Assembly: GCF_006345805.1 (NCBI RefSeq)
Contig: NC_043005.1
Span: 40,052,001 to 40,116,000, forward strand
Reading direction: 5' to 3'
Source: Octopus sinensis
Taxonomy: Eukaryota
Length of the DNA stretch: 64,000 nucleotides
The position numbers and the translations under genes were made by a program. The first letter of the stretch is position 1. Each line of letters begins with the position of its first letter. This document shows positions 1 to 11,823 of the stretch, in pieces. Below the pieces are notes generated by a model, which saw only the letters and a list, made by a program, of their open reading frames with translations, was not told the DNA's origin and ran no database searches.

Positions 1-296
1 GGACCTTCTTTCACACCCACATACTTCTACATATTTGACTGTCTGTTGAGATTCTTTGATGATCCCTACATTAATAACTAGACTATATATATAAAGAGAG
101 AATCATATCCATGTGTAGTTGGCATTTGAAGAACTCCGAAGATAACCAATAAGGAATTTATATAACTCCATCAATAATAATAATTAATAAGCAGTAGTGT
201 GTACAAAGCTTCTGCAGAAATCTATATGTACACAAAATTCCTCACTAAACTTGTCAAATCTAACCTTGCTAAGCACCTTTGTACATAGCTTTACAG

Positions 297-327
297 TTTC
301 TTAAAGAGAGAAATTCATCTGTAGCTG
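297..327 (+). CDS. Putative 31-nt coding micro-exon (FLKERNSSVA-G) upstream of the transmembrane exon
   Basis: tttacag acceptor ends at 296 and GCTG|gtgaga donor is at 328. The phase-1 end matches the phase-1 acceptor at 1236, and the join gives FLKERNSSVAGKLVALGIG with an NSS sequon. Confidence 0.45.
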
Positions 328-689
328 GTGAGAAAATAAGGCATCATCACAGGTCTCCTCTGCATCAATGAATGCATAATTCTTTAGTAATTATCTCACT
401 TGAAATGTATTATCACTTTTTGCTTTGTGCAAGTAAAATTGCATAAAAATAAATCTAAGTGGATTGTGAAATTTTCTTTTCTCTTTTATTTATGAAACAT
501 TGTTATAAAAGCTCACAAACTAAAGTTTAACTTATCAACATCTTAAACATGACAATTAACATTCTTTTTTTATTGAAAGGACTTGATCCACCTACTCCAG
601 TGGCTTCAAAGACGGTTGAAAAAAGTGGAAACAAAGGTAATATACACTTAATTAAAATTATAAATCTAGACTAATGGTGATAAAATACT

Positions 690-816
690 AATATATATAT
701 ATGCGTACCTATGTATGTGTATATGTATATGTGTATGCATAAATATGCTTTGTGTATGTTTAGGTATTTATATGTGTGTGTGTATATGTGTAAACATGTG
801 TATGCATGTGTGTGTG

Positions 817-847
<31 letters not shown>

Positions 848-1140
848 ATGTATATATAGACACACACATATACTACACACACGTATGCACAAAGAGACAT
901 GTACCCAAAGAGATACACACATTACGTACATATGTACATACATATGTACATACATACGTACGTACATACATACATCATACATACATACATACATACATAC
1001 ATACATACATACATACATACATACATACATACATACATACATACATACATACATACATACATAAGCATACAGTCATACATACTCATATATGTATGAATGT
1101 ATGTATCTATGCATGCAAGCATGTATGTATCTGTGCGTGA
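690..1140. repeat. Compound microsatellite (TA, TG, CA, long (TACA)n)
   Basis: Directly visible. It explains the low-complexity ORFs at 671-1296. Confidence 0.95.
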
Positions 1141-1235
1141 ATACCATATATGTATGGTGTAACTGTGCTTCTCTCTACATCTTTTTTCTATGCATTTACA
1201 TTTTATTTTGTTCTTTGATTTTCTTATATTAACAG

Positions 1236-1378
1236 GTAAACTTGTTGCCCTTGGCATTGGTACATTTATACTTGGATGTCTGCTGGGATTGATCACAATC
1301 TTTTTAATTCACAAGAATGCTTGTACTATGAAAGACGATCCAATGAAAGTAAATTTTTATAAACTGGACAAAATGTAA
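1236..1378 (+). CDS. Terminal coding exon of a type I single-pass membrane protein (TM plus short cytoplasmic tail)
   Basis: Pyrimidine tract and aacag acceptor at 1235. Encodes GKLVALGIGTFILGCLLGLITIFLIHK (hydrophobic helix then basic residue) NACTMKDDPMKVNFYKLDKM*. AATAAA follows near 1415 and 1481. Confidence 0.65.
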
Positions 1379-1554
1379 ATTAAAATGTAAATCAAGTTTA
1401 ATCAAATTTCACAAAAATAAAGATTTTTATACGATTTCTCATATTTTGATGATTGCTTCTTTACCATGAATATGCACTTTAATAAAAAGTACTAGTTAAT
1501 TCAGTTACAACCAAATACTATTATTCACTGATTTTAACACAAGTTAAGAAAATA

Positions 1555-1745
1555 TTATAGTGATGAACCTGCACCTGTTTTTTCTCCTTCAGCCTCTTTT
1601 TCTTCATCGTTTGTGTTTTCATCTTTAACCTTCATCATTCGTTTACTTTTACATTTGAAATTTTCTTCCATATTCACTCTACTACTGTCAGCTTTTCCTT
1701 TCATGTGCTGTTTTAGCATTTTCACTTTATAATCTTTTATTGCAA
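1555..1745 (-). CDS. Putative terminal coding exon of a convergent gene (K/E-rich tail)
   Basis: The minus frame reads AIKDYKVKMLKQHMKGKADSSRVNMEENFKCKSKRMMKVKDENTNDEEKEAEGEKTGAGSSL* with the stop at 1555-1557. The acceptor (cttag at 1746) is weak and upstream exons were not resolved. Confidence 0.45.
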
Positions 1746-1817
1746 CTAAGTTTTCCGAATATTTAAATTTATTTATGGCAGCAAGCTGGCAAAATTGTTA
1801 GCACACTAAGCAAAATG

Positions 1818-2170
1818 TAGAGGGTTTGTAGGACACAGCGGAGACGACTGTTGTTATCGTTAGGCCTAACTCATCGTAAAGTCAATACCACCATGACTGA
1901 TATCCAATCTACAGTGGAGAAGGCTAGCCACTGGATTTGGTTAAAAAGAGACGATGAGCGATGGCTAGAAGTATATTGAGTTCTTCATAACCAGCTGATC
2001 TAGCAAGCGGGGCCTCATATCAGTGAGGAGGGCCGGTGCGTATTGATGCCGTCGAGAGGTAGGCCCCGAAACAGCGCGCATTCTCTCCTGATGAACCCAT
2101 ACACTTGCTAGCTTCCGATATACGGAGCTTTTAACTGGTAGCACTTGCATGTGCAAGTTGTTTGCAAGAT
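1818..2170 (+). mobile_element. 5'-truncated HERO-like (RLE, R2-superfamily) non-LTR retrotransposon 3' end
   Basis: Reads CRGFVGHS then (frameshift) RRLLLSLGLTHRKVNTTMTDIQSTVEKASHWIWLKRDDERWLEVY*, matching the HERO C-terminal pattern EVGCRGF...AEKASxWxWxKR. A 3' UTR follows, and ~86-bp direct repeats flank it. Confidence 0.8.
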
Positions 2171-2216
2171 ATCTTTTATTGCAGCTAAGCTTTCCGAATA
2201 TTTAAATTTATTTTAT

Positions 2217-2430
2217 GGCAGCAAGCTGGCAGAATTGTTAGCACACCGAGCAAAATGCTTGCTAGCATTTCATCCATCTTCACATTCTGAGTTCAAATTC
2301 TGCCAAGGTCAACTTTGCCTTTCATCCTTTTGAGGGTTGATAAAATAAGTACCAGTTGAACAACAGGGTTGATGTAATTGACTTACCCCATCCCCTGATA
2401 TTGCTGGCCTTGTGTCAAAATTTGAAACCA
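2217..2430 (+). mobile_element. tRNA-derived SINE (octopus OR2-like/CORE-type), head duplicated at 1777-1817
   Basis: ggcagcaagctggcagaattgttagcac...ctgagttcaaattctgcc...gcctttcatcctt matches the intact copies at 23148 and 37491. Confidence 0.85.
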
Positions 2431-3282
2431 ATATTTAAATTTATCTCAGTCCTGTTTTATACTGTGTTAAGCAAAAAATATATATTCTTCAAATACTGAC
2501 AAGTTGTCTAGTCTAAAGCATAGATATGTAAATTAAGTGTAATTCCTGGCTGCTTTATGGAGCAGTTGAATATTCTATACCATCATAGGAGAAGGAAATC
2601 AGGTACATTTCCTTTGAGTATCTTACAACATGCAATCAGGAGTCACTTTGCAAACTGCTGTTTATACTAATTTTATATATATTTTATAACATGCTTTCTG
2701 TGTATGTCACCTTAGTGTCATGCACTAATGCAGTGTGATATATAGTACCACGGAATGGGGTAGACACCAACTGTCTCCACTTAATATCTTCCCAAATACT
2801 CTGCCAACAACTGTAACCAATCCAAAACAACTCTCAAAAAACTATAACAACTTCTTAACAATTTCCTGTGACTCCATGAACTCACAAACTACACCTTTCA
2901 ACTTCCTGCAATTTCTCATCTCTCACTCTCAGTCAAACATGCTGCTACTTATACGAGTTCAGCTAATCCATTCTCACAGGTGGTGTCATGATTCTCGCTA
3001 CAACAATATACACATTAGTGAATCGCTAAATCATCCAATTATTTGGATGGCAAAAAAAACAAATATTAATACGTATGTATTAATAAGTCTGGAAATAGCC
3101 AAAGTCAAGCAGTCTTAACTGATGAGGCAACGGAAATTGCTGAAACTGATGCGTCAGTATTAAGAATTCTAGATCGGCACTTTTTGGACGATTATGGTCC
3201 CTGTTAGTTTATATGTTTTCATTCATGTGCATTAACTACAGCATTAGAGTAGTTTAGCTCTTATTCCTGGTTATATATATCA

Positions 3283-3920
3283 GATGTGGTGTGCAAGAGA
3301 GATGGCTGTGCTGGTATGATCATGTGATGCATATGGATGAGGACAGCTGTATAAAAGTATAAAGAAGAGCCAATCTCTAACTATGGAGAGAATCTGAGGA
3401 AGGGGTTGACCCAGGAAGACATAGGACGAGGTGGTGAAGCATGATTGTAGTTGTGACTGATGTCAGTGTCACATAACTGGCACACGTGCCAGTGGTACAT
3501 ACAAAGCACCTTTCAAGCATTGGGCCTCACGGAGGCAATGGGGCCAATGCTGGTGTCACACAACTAGCATCTGTGCTGGAGTCATATAACTAGAACCTGT
3601 GCCAGAGCAACATAAAAAGCACATTTTGAGTGCTGAACCTCAAGGAGGTAATAACAAATGACTGAGACTTTTGGTAATATGCTATGCTTAAGTAGAAGAC
3701 CCTTCAAGCCAAATGGAATCGTAGTCATGGCAGATACTGGTGCCATGCTCTCAGAGTGGTTGACATTAGGAAGGACATCCAGCCGTGGAAACAATGCCAA
3801 ACCAGACTGGAGTCTAGTGCAGCCCCTCAGCTTCCCAGCTCTGATCAAACCATCCAAACCATGGCAACTGATATTAAATTATGATGATGATGATGATGAT
3901 GATAGTGATGATGATGACGA
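3283..3920 (+). mobile_element. RTE LINE 3' end with long 3' UTR and (GAT)n tail
   Basis: Decayed RLRWYGHVMRM and GRPRKTWDEVVKHD codons. The tail is homologous to 27490-27950 and 54701-54970. Confidence 0.8.
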
Positions 3921-4850
3921 TTGTGGCCTTGTTAACCCATAAATAAAGAATATTTATCCATCTATGCACTTATTATCACCGTTTTATATTAGCACACACC
4001 AAGTTTGCTGGGTCTTTTTGTCTTATTTGTGACCAGGGGTTTGACTAAAATATAACGTATTTGTTTATCCTCTGTTTTTGTGTAAATACATTGAAAAAAC
4101 CAGAGTGCGTTTAATTTTGGACTCTCCCTCATATGTATGTCTCTTCTATTTTTAATTATTATATTTATATTAGCATACACCATATTATATTTTTAATTAT
4201 TATAAATTTTCCACTGAGGAGGGAGCCGGTTTCCAACAAAGATACAAGTCTCCATCTTTGGGATGTAGTTAACACAGACAAATTCACATTTCGAACTTGA
4301 GAAAAGTTTGTAGCATTGGCAGGGCAGAAATATTACTTCGCCCCAGCGTAGCAGCACATTGGTGTTGTGTTCCTCCGCTCTTTAAAAGCTTATGGCAGAG
4401 GAATACATATGACTTCCGTCCAGAGTAATAGCGCATGTTTTTCAAAGGCGTTTTAACCAGCCGCTGTCTAAATGTCGGAACGTTAAACTTCTGATTCCCT
4501 TTCATCGCTGCTTTGCTTTATCCCATTCCAATGTAGACACTAAACTATCGACAAGCTTGTGGCTCATCTAGCTCGACACACTATGGGATTTCTACCTCAC
4601 CTCACTACCGCTTCAAAACTTATTCGATATTTTAGATTTGCTACCAAGTACCGAAGCTAACTACTTTGATGTGTATTAAGGAATCAACCCATGTCTCGTT
4701 GTCTTGTACGCTTATCTCCGGCTACTTTATGTGTGATCAAGGAATAAATTACGTTTGTTAACCAAAAGCATTACCTTCTGATTTTTATCGTTACTTTTAT
4801 GTAAAACATGCATTTATACATTTCAAACCTTTTTACGTGCACACATCTAA

Positions 4851-5144
4851 GGTACTACTTAAGAAGAGTGGTCCCAGTGCGTGCAACCGCATACTCACGC
4901 GTCCGCGCTAGCTAGTCGTGACTAGTCAATCCTTATATTGTTTTGTGTTTTATTTACTTTGTTTAAAAAATTATTTACTTTGTGTTTTTGTGTTTTATTT
5001 ACTTTGTTTTTAAAAAATTATTTACTTTGTGTAAAAAAATTATTTATTTTGGGTTCTATTTACTTTGCTAGGTAGTCGTAGGATCAACTAGCTAGCGCGG
5101 ATACATGAGTGCACGCACCGGGACCACTCTTCTTAAGTAGTGCC
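4851..5144. mobile_element. MITE with long imperfect TIRs and 9-bp TSD (Merlin- or Mutator-type)
   Basis: Ends GGTACTACTTAAGAAGAGTGGTCCC... and ...GGGACCACTCTTCTTAAGTAGTGCC. TSD cacatctaa at 4842-4850 and 5145-5153. Internal TATTTACTTTG repeats. Confidence 0.92.
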
Positions 5145-5189
5145 CACATCTAAATATATTTCCTAAACTGGTAATGCCCAACTCTTAAT

Positions 5190-5690
5190 TTACCTCTTGT
5201 TACAAAGTCTTTCATATTTTTACTGTTCCACTCACAGACTGGACTTGTAATGTAGGAATCAGCCGATCAGTTTTTCTTTCTGAAAATCCCAGTTTATCTC
5301 GAGTCCCCTTTAAGCATTTACTAACAAAACCTAGTGCTCCAATTATTATTGGTATGAATATGAATTCATAGTCTGGATATAGAAACGGGAAGTTTCGAAG
5401 CAGTTGTCCATAGATATCCCTCTTTTTCTTTGATTTTCAAAGATATATTTATATCTGCAGGGCAGCTAACCTCTATGATGGTACATACCATTGCCCCTCA
5501 GTCCCAAACACCAATATCCGGTCTGTTATGCTTAAATTTGACAGAAGTTTTGATGGGAATATTCCACCAGTATTTCTTGAGTTGGTGTTTATGAATGTAT
5601 TCCATAACAGAGGGGTTTTCTAAGTTTATTTTTATGTATGTATATCGGTCAGTTATTCTTAAGTTCAAAAATGCAGCACACTCCAAAAAA
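5190..5690 (-). mobile_element. R4/Dong-like non-LTR retrotransposon restriction-like endonuclease remnant
   Basis: KYWWNIPIKTSVKFKHNRPDIGVWD*...IIEVSCPADINISLKIKEKE..YGQLLRN...IPIIIGALG contains the RLE PD...E...K...Y motifs, with a stop and a frameshift. Confidence 0.85.
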
Positions 5691-5719
5691 AGTTTTTGAG
5701 CAGTAATATTTTATGTAAT

Positions 5720-5838
5720 TATTGGTTATGGCCGCTCAGAAAGTTAATATTGTTTCCACGTCTATTATTGCACTTGGAAATATAGGTAACTCACTTGACA
5801 GCGGGAGTCACATAACCTCTACATTAACGGAGGTAAGC
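5720..5838 (+). promoter_or_regulatory. Candidate first (non-coding) exon/promoter, possibly of ZNF-A
   Basis: CpG-containing patch ending in a strong donor GAG|GTAAGC (GT at 5833). Linkage to ZNF-A is inferred from orientation only. Confidence 0.35.
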
Positions 5839-6499
5839 CTACAGTCTTGGTCAGCATGTTGATGAAAAAAACCCTCTGAAACGAAATTCTTGAAAGCCAA
5901 AAACATTTCTGGTCGACACGGAGTTATCTCCCTTTGAACGGTTCCCGTTGTGTCCGGAAAGGTCCAGTTTATGCCTGCTTTCCTTTCACTAGTCAGAAAC
6001 TAGGGAAGACTATATTTGCAACACGAATTTACTCGCATAAGAGCACTTCCCTTTTTAAAATTAAGAAGGCTTCGAGATCAAGCAAAACTGAGCTGAAACT
6101 GGAACCATGTGGTTGTGGAGCTTCTTTATTTTATTAATTTTACCATAAAGGCAGTACACGGGCTGGACACGGACATTAATGAGATGAATGATAATGATAC
6201 GAGGATGATAAGGATGGGGGAACACACAACAACGCCTATTCTATATTATATAAATTTCATATACAATTACAACAACATTAATCTCCAATACCATCCTTTA
6301 AGTAAGAAAATGCTCTTCAGGGTCATTTTTGTCAAAAAGTGTGTAAATGCTTAAGAGGTCGAAAGCACAACGAAATAACAGATTCAAAACTGAGGCACGT
6401 TTGCAATTATTATGGAAAGTCTCTGGGCTCAAAAGCCATATCTGCTCTCACTTGAGGAGCTAATGCTATATTTGTCCTTGAAGTAGTAAAGCTTTCTTC

Positions 6500-6700
6500 C
6501 AGGGCAGATTACCTTCATGCATGCATGCATGCATGCATGCATGTATGTATGCATGCATGCATGCATGCATGCATGTATGTATGTATGTATGTATGTATGC
6601 ATGCATGCATGTATGTATGTATGTATGTATGTATGTATGTATGTGTGTATGTATGTATGTATGTGTGTATGTGTGAGTGTGCAGGTGTGTGTGTGTGATG
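6500..6700. repeat. (CATG)n/(TATG)n/(TG)n microsatellite
   Basis: Directly visible. Confidence 0.95.
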
Positions 6701-8179
6701 ATTAAAACAACATTGAATATTTTAATTTCTTCCTTTACAAACATTTCAATAACATATCTTTTAACAGATAAAACTTAACCATGTGATTATGAGATACACT
6801 CTTTTGTACCTTGTAGTTTGTTCGGTGGTATTGGGATATTCTTTATAGAATATCCCAGGTTGTAATATTCCAAATCCATTTGTAAAGGATGTATAAAAAA
6901 ATATTATAATCTTTGATGACTATGTAGAGCGCAACGCTGGTGAGCGTAGCTATATGGTACAAGCCGCAGAGGACCTATTGCAATACACTCAACGTGTCGT
7001 AGCAGCGTGTGCATGAGTCGTCTAAGAGACCATAAGTCAAGGAAAAGATGCACTCGTATATCTGTCAGTAGAGTGTTTCTCTTCGTATGTCGAGCGAAGG
7101 GGAGTGCTGCTCTTAGTCATGGCTGACGCAAAAGAAGATGTTGCTCCTTGGTCTGGCTGACACAAAAAAAAGGAAGAAATAAGAAATGCTCTCTGTTATA
7201 AAGACTATGGTCAGTAATGTAGGTCAAACCCTAAAGAAAGGACTAACAGCACAGGTCCTTGGGGATCAAGTGTTTCTTCATCAATCATCTGGTGTAAAGA
7301 GTACTTCCGCTCGTTTTGACAAGCAACAAGCGGGTAGCTTTGGTTTCAAATCTCAGGCAGTGTTAAGCGTGGCCCCTACATATATACACAAACTGGTACG
7401 TACGCATATCCCACCCAACATATACAGGTCACGGATACGACAAAACAGAGGATTGCATAAACCAAGGGAAGCAATCAGTCAAGGACTGTGGTATTAATTG
7501 TTTCCCTTGTACTAAACAAGGGAAATTGTGTCTTCTGTCCTTTCTATCTCGTTCACTGCACAATCTTTTTTTATTAGGCCCACCAGACACACTGTCTTTC
7601 CCGGTTAAAAGAAGGTGATCGGCTCCATCTTACTTGTGACCTCAGGTATTCCACATAACTCTACAGGTTAGCCATGATAGGGCGCTGGACGGATGCGTAC
7701 AGAACAGTTTTGTCGTTCAGCGTGCATCACAGACCGGCCCGGAATTTCCATGCCAGCTGAGTTTATCTCGCACCAACAATTCCCTTCGGTAGCACTGTCA
7801 GGCTAGAGATTTCTGAAAATTATCCATTGATCTCGGTTTGACAGTTCTGCAGACCAACCAGTTAACTCATTGATGCGTGCGGTGTCTCCGAGAACGTCGT
7901 CGCTCCTGTCTGTCACTAAACGTCTATGGAACGTGAAGTGGTACTTCCACCGACAGGCATTGTTTGACTAGCAAAAGGCTGTGAGCACCTGATGTCACTG
8001 TGTTATACGCCGTGTTTCGGTCTACGCTTGATCGAAGAGAACAGCTCTGACAAAAAGACAAGCTGCGAAAAAGCGAGTCTGACAAACAGTGACCACACTT
8101 TCAGAGGCTTTCGATTGCTGAAGTGTCGCTTGCAGACATCAGGTAACCTTTTTCCGATTATCAATACTAAACATAATAT

Positions 8180-8421
8180 AATGCGGAGTAGAGAAAGATA
8201 ATAGATACAAGAGCCTGACCGGCCGCTATCAGTTTCCAATGGTCGCCGTTGAAATGTCAGGTGCTCTAGGACCCATTAATACCGATTTCCTCCACAAAAT
8301 AGGGATAACGGCGACCCGTCGTAGAAATGAGTCCCTCGAGTTAAAGTGGTTGTAGCAGTGAGTGTTGCTGGCCATTCTCCGCTGCAACGCCATAACGGTC
8401 ATTACCATGGGACACGGCTGA
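8180..8421 (+). mobile_element. CRE-clade non-LTR retrotransposon RLE C-terminus remnant (GC-richer relic probably extends back toward 6900)
   Basis: RYKSLTGRYQFPMVAVEMSGALGPINTDFLHKIG...ELKWL*Q*VLLAILRCNA fits the CRE pattern KYxxL...VAVExxGxxG...FL...WLxQRxSxAIxRGNA. Confidence 0.75.
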
Positions 8422-9829
8422 GCACCCTACTTGTTCTGGGATATGTGACCCACCGCCCCTCCCCTCTATCTTCCACTGCTTTACCCCCACCACCTTTTCC
8501 CTTTTTCTCTTTCTTTTCCTTTCTCATCTCCCTTCTTTCCTGTTTCTTTGCATATAAATGTTCTAATAAAATGTTCCATTGATAAAAAATAAATTAGATC
8601 AAATTCATAAACAATGAAATTATGAAATTTCCCGAATATTTTATTTCAAATTCACATCAAAGAATTTACTTCAAATTCAAAAACATATAAAAATTTTAAT
8701 TCATTATTAAAATGTATAGAAATTATATTTACTGTATGTCTTCATTTGAAGATATGAGAAATGAGATTTACATTTAGTTCGTTTCGTTTTACCGTGCGGG
8801 TTTTCTTTTTTAATTCATCACTTTAATTCTTGTTGACGGCTGAATCGCAGCATTTAATATTGTGATTGTCTGCCGTTGTAACTCGTAAAAAATATTTTTT
8901 TTACATCCAGAGACTGTAATAACTTGTCTAAAACATTTCTCTGCAACCACAATTTTAACTTCTGTAAAGGATTTCTGTAAGTATTTAAGACCGAAAGCAA
9001 TCATTAATGAAAACAGAATGTCTTAATGTATAGACTTTCGTTGGAACTACTGACTTTTGTGGTGCCAAATATTTTTGGGGGTGTCATTCATTTTAAAAAT
9101 CCAAAAAGTGAAAGAAAAAATTTGGCAAAAATCATTAGCCAGTAATTTTAAACTCGGTAGTAAAATGAAACTGATAGAATATCATCCAAACTTAGGCTTA
9201 ACCTTTCAAACGGCAAGGCTTTGTTTTGAATAAGGGATATTTAACGTTTAAGTTTCTTGCTTCGGTGGGATTGATAATTCAGCAGTGTGCTGTAATGTGT
9301 CGATGTATTTGGTTAATTGCATATGTTCAGATGGAAAAGCATGGAGGTGTTGCATCTGCAGACATTATCGAAGCAGGGGACAAGATCCTTTCTTCTTTGG
9401 TCTCGTATTCCACTTAGCGCTCTTTGTAGAACTTATCGCTTAGTAGACTGCAGTTCACTACAAACAATTTGTTGATATGTAGCAGGTTAATATCAGCACA
9501 GAAATAATAGTTAACTGGTATAAGCAACTATTTCAGAATTCAGTTTCATTGCTGAGTTGATTATTTTTCACTTCTTGGGTGCTTAAAACGAAGGATTACC
9601 AGTTCTTTTTTTTTATTATTATTTCGTTATTGAAATGGCAAAAAAAAAAAAATGATAATAATGTTATTTACTGACAATTTCAAAAGAGGCGATCTTTCGA
9701 TTCATATGAAACGAAAACAGTATTAGATATACAAAAATAATTTGGACTATCTTGAATGAATAAACAAATGCTTACCAGTAAGCTTGTTATTCTAAAATTC
9801 TGAGACGGTTATGGATTAAAAGGGTTGTT

Positions 9830-10027
9830 AGAGCATCGTACAAAATGTTTTAGGTACTGCATATATTTCGGCTCTTTACGTCTAGAACTCAAAATCCCGC
9901 TGAAATCACTTTTGTCATTTATCTTTCCGGAGATCCATAGAATAAAGTACCTGTCAAGTATTGGGATCGATATAGTCAACTAGTTTCCCCTAAAAATTGA
10001 TGGATTCTGCCGAAATTAGAAACGATA
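9830..10027 (+). mobile_element. Highly decayed tRNA/CORE-type SINE
   Basis: Residual similarity to the OR2-like copies (ttagagcatcg..., gaactcaaaatcccgc, aataaagtacc, gatcgatata). Confidence 0.55.
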
Positions 10028-10945
10028 TTTAAAGATTTCTGTTTTCATTTTTTCAACGGTTTAATTATAAAGGTAGCATTGTAGAAAATAAAATATTTAT
10101 TAAAAAAAAAGTGAAGCTCGCAAATTGATAACTTATTTCGAAAAGTAAACAAAACTATTTGAAAGTTTCGAAAGAAAAATTTATGAATGGAGATTTATGA
10201 ATTAGCTATTTATAATAATAAATGTCTACCATGCTCCCTTAATAAATCAATTAAAGGAAGTTGTGTCAAAATTCATCAGATCCATTCTTACTAAACACAA
10301 CTAAAATTAAAATGGGCAATGTCAAATGAGCAAAGTTTCGTTATTATAAACGAAATTATGCTTTAAAATGCCTGAGACCAACAGCTGATTTATAACAGTA
10401 TTGTGGCCATACACACACGCACACACACATGAGAGAGGGAGAGAGAGTATAGCTTGAATGAATGTTTTTTAATGTTATTTAATAGGAATGTAACAATTAA
10501 ATGAAGTCAGATACTGATTCATGTGAGTCATTAAATTTCGCAAAATTGTAATTAAATCAAGGTAGTTTAATGAAACAAAAGTCATTAGAATTAACAGTAT
10601 TATACATAATAAAACTTTAAAAAGAAAAACTTGGGGCCCCCAAAAGTCAATAGTGCCCAGAAAGTAATACCTTATAATTTATCAAATGTTTGTGTCATTA
10701 TATTTAGAACAAATGGATTTTCTATACACCCTTAATTTCCTGCTCCATTTTTAGTGGAACCTTCAAAGAAGACTAAATTCAAAAATAAGATATTTCCTTG
10801 TAAACAATTATTTATATAATAGCTAAGATATAATTAAAAACAGTCAACATTAGTATATGATATTAGTAAATACCATATATATCACAAGCTGATGTTGAGT
10901 AAACTGCATTCATCACAATATTTGGAATTTTGTGCTTATTTTCAG

Positions 10946-11000
10946 CTGGCATTGCAAAGTTGTAATGAAATACCAGAACAATAACTACAAAGATATCAAT
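10946..11000 (+). other. Candidate 5' UTR exon of ZNF-A
   Basis: ttattttcag acceptor and gtaact donor. gcattgcaaagttgtaatgaaata resembles the candidate exons at 22349-22455 (-) and 27375-27436 (+). Confidence 0.5.
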
Positions 11001-11319
11001 GTAACTACTCTTTACCTATTTTATTTTTACAAGAATATTTTAGCCTCTAGGACAGAGAGATGTGACAGGGTGATGCCATAGTAGGATGGTGAGAGGGGAT
11101 GCTATGTGAAGAGAAGTAAAGTTGAGCTCGGAGGAAAGAATGAATAGGTAGAAGGAGGAGGTGATACTTGGGGAAGAGGTGAAGCAGTTTATCGATGAGG
11201 AAACCAAGGGCTAAGGGTAGAGGAGAGCAATGGAGAGAAAGCCATGGGGAACTGAGAAAATAGAAAATTGAAGAAAGAAAAACAAGAAAAAGTTTTTTAA
11301 TTTTTTTAAATATTAAAAA

Positions 11320-11705
11320 ACTAGCAGTATCGCCCGGCGTTGCTCGGGTTTGTAAGGGAAATAACTATATAAGCATTTTTAATAGCCATCTCAATATGGT
11401 TAACCACAAAGGGGAGGGTGTTACTGTAGCTTTTTACGTTCTGAGATTTAATAATAAATTTTTAGAGAGTTACTTCCCTTATATATGCCAAAAATGCATT
11501 AAAAAAATGGGGAAAATTGATGGTAAATTTTTTTTTAAATCGTAGACTCATCGTAGACACACGCTAGTACCCAGAAGGGCTCGATATGAATCACGACTAT
11601 AAGATACCCGGTTTTGGTTAAACTGCACCGCAAAATGTGGGAGTAGTTAGGAATCTAAATCGTTGGAGACAGACTGCACACAACCTCTCTTTTACATATA
11701 AAGAT
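11320..11705 (+). mobile_element. Non-autonomous Helitron/Helentron-associated element (DINE-1/HINE-like) in the ZNF-A intron
   Basis: Starts ACTAG followed by the hairpin cccggcgttgctcggg and ends cttttacatataaagat. Confidence 0.7.
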
Positions 11706-11823
11706 ATATAAGGAAAAAAAGACATGCTTATAGGTTTAGATCAATTTAGAAATGTAGAATTTTCACTGCTGAATCTCTATTTAAGTATCCTCTACATCTT
11801 GAAATGTTTCTCTATTATTTCAG

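Noticed and set aside
671-1296. Long ORFs rich in MYVC/HTYI (also 6466-6744, 23819-24355, 49553-50066)
   Set aside because: Translations of microsatellites, which lack stops by composition.
2060-2100. Hammerhead ribozyme (GAAAC and CTGATGA cores)
   Set aside because: I could not close stems I-III in any standard topology. CTGATGA is not adjacent to the helix preceding GAAA.
4284-4505. 73-aa ORF as the first coding exon of the minus gene
   Set aside because: No recognisable domain, and I could not build a phase-consistent exon chain to 1745. The region may be promoter (GGAAGT and GCGCATG motifs). Left unresolved.
7186-7497. 103-aa ORF with VGQT resembling GIY-YIG
   Set aside because: The other GIY-YIG motifs are absent. 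More likely part of the decayed retroelement region.
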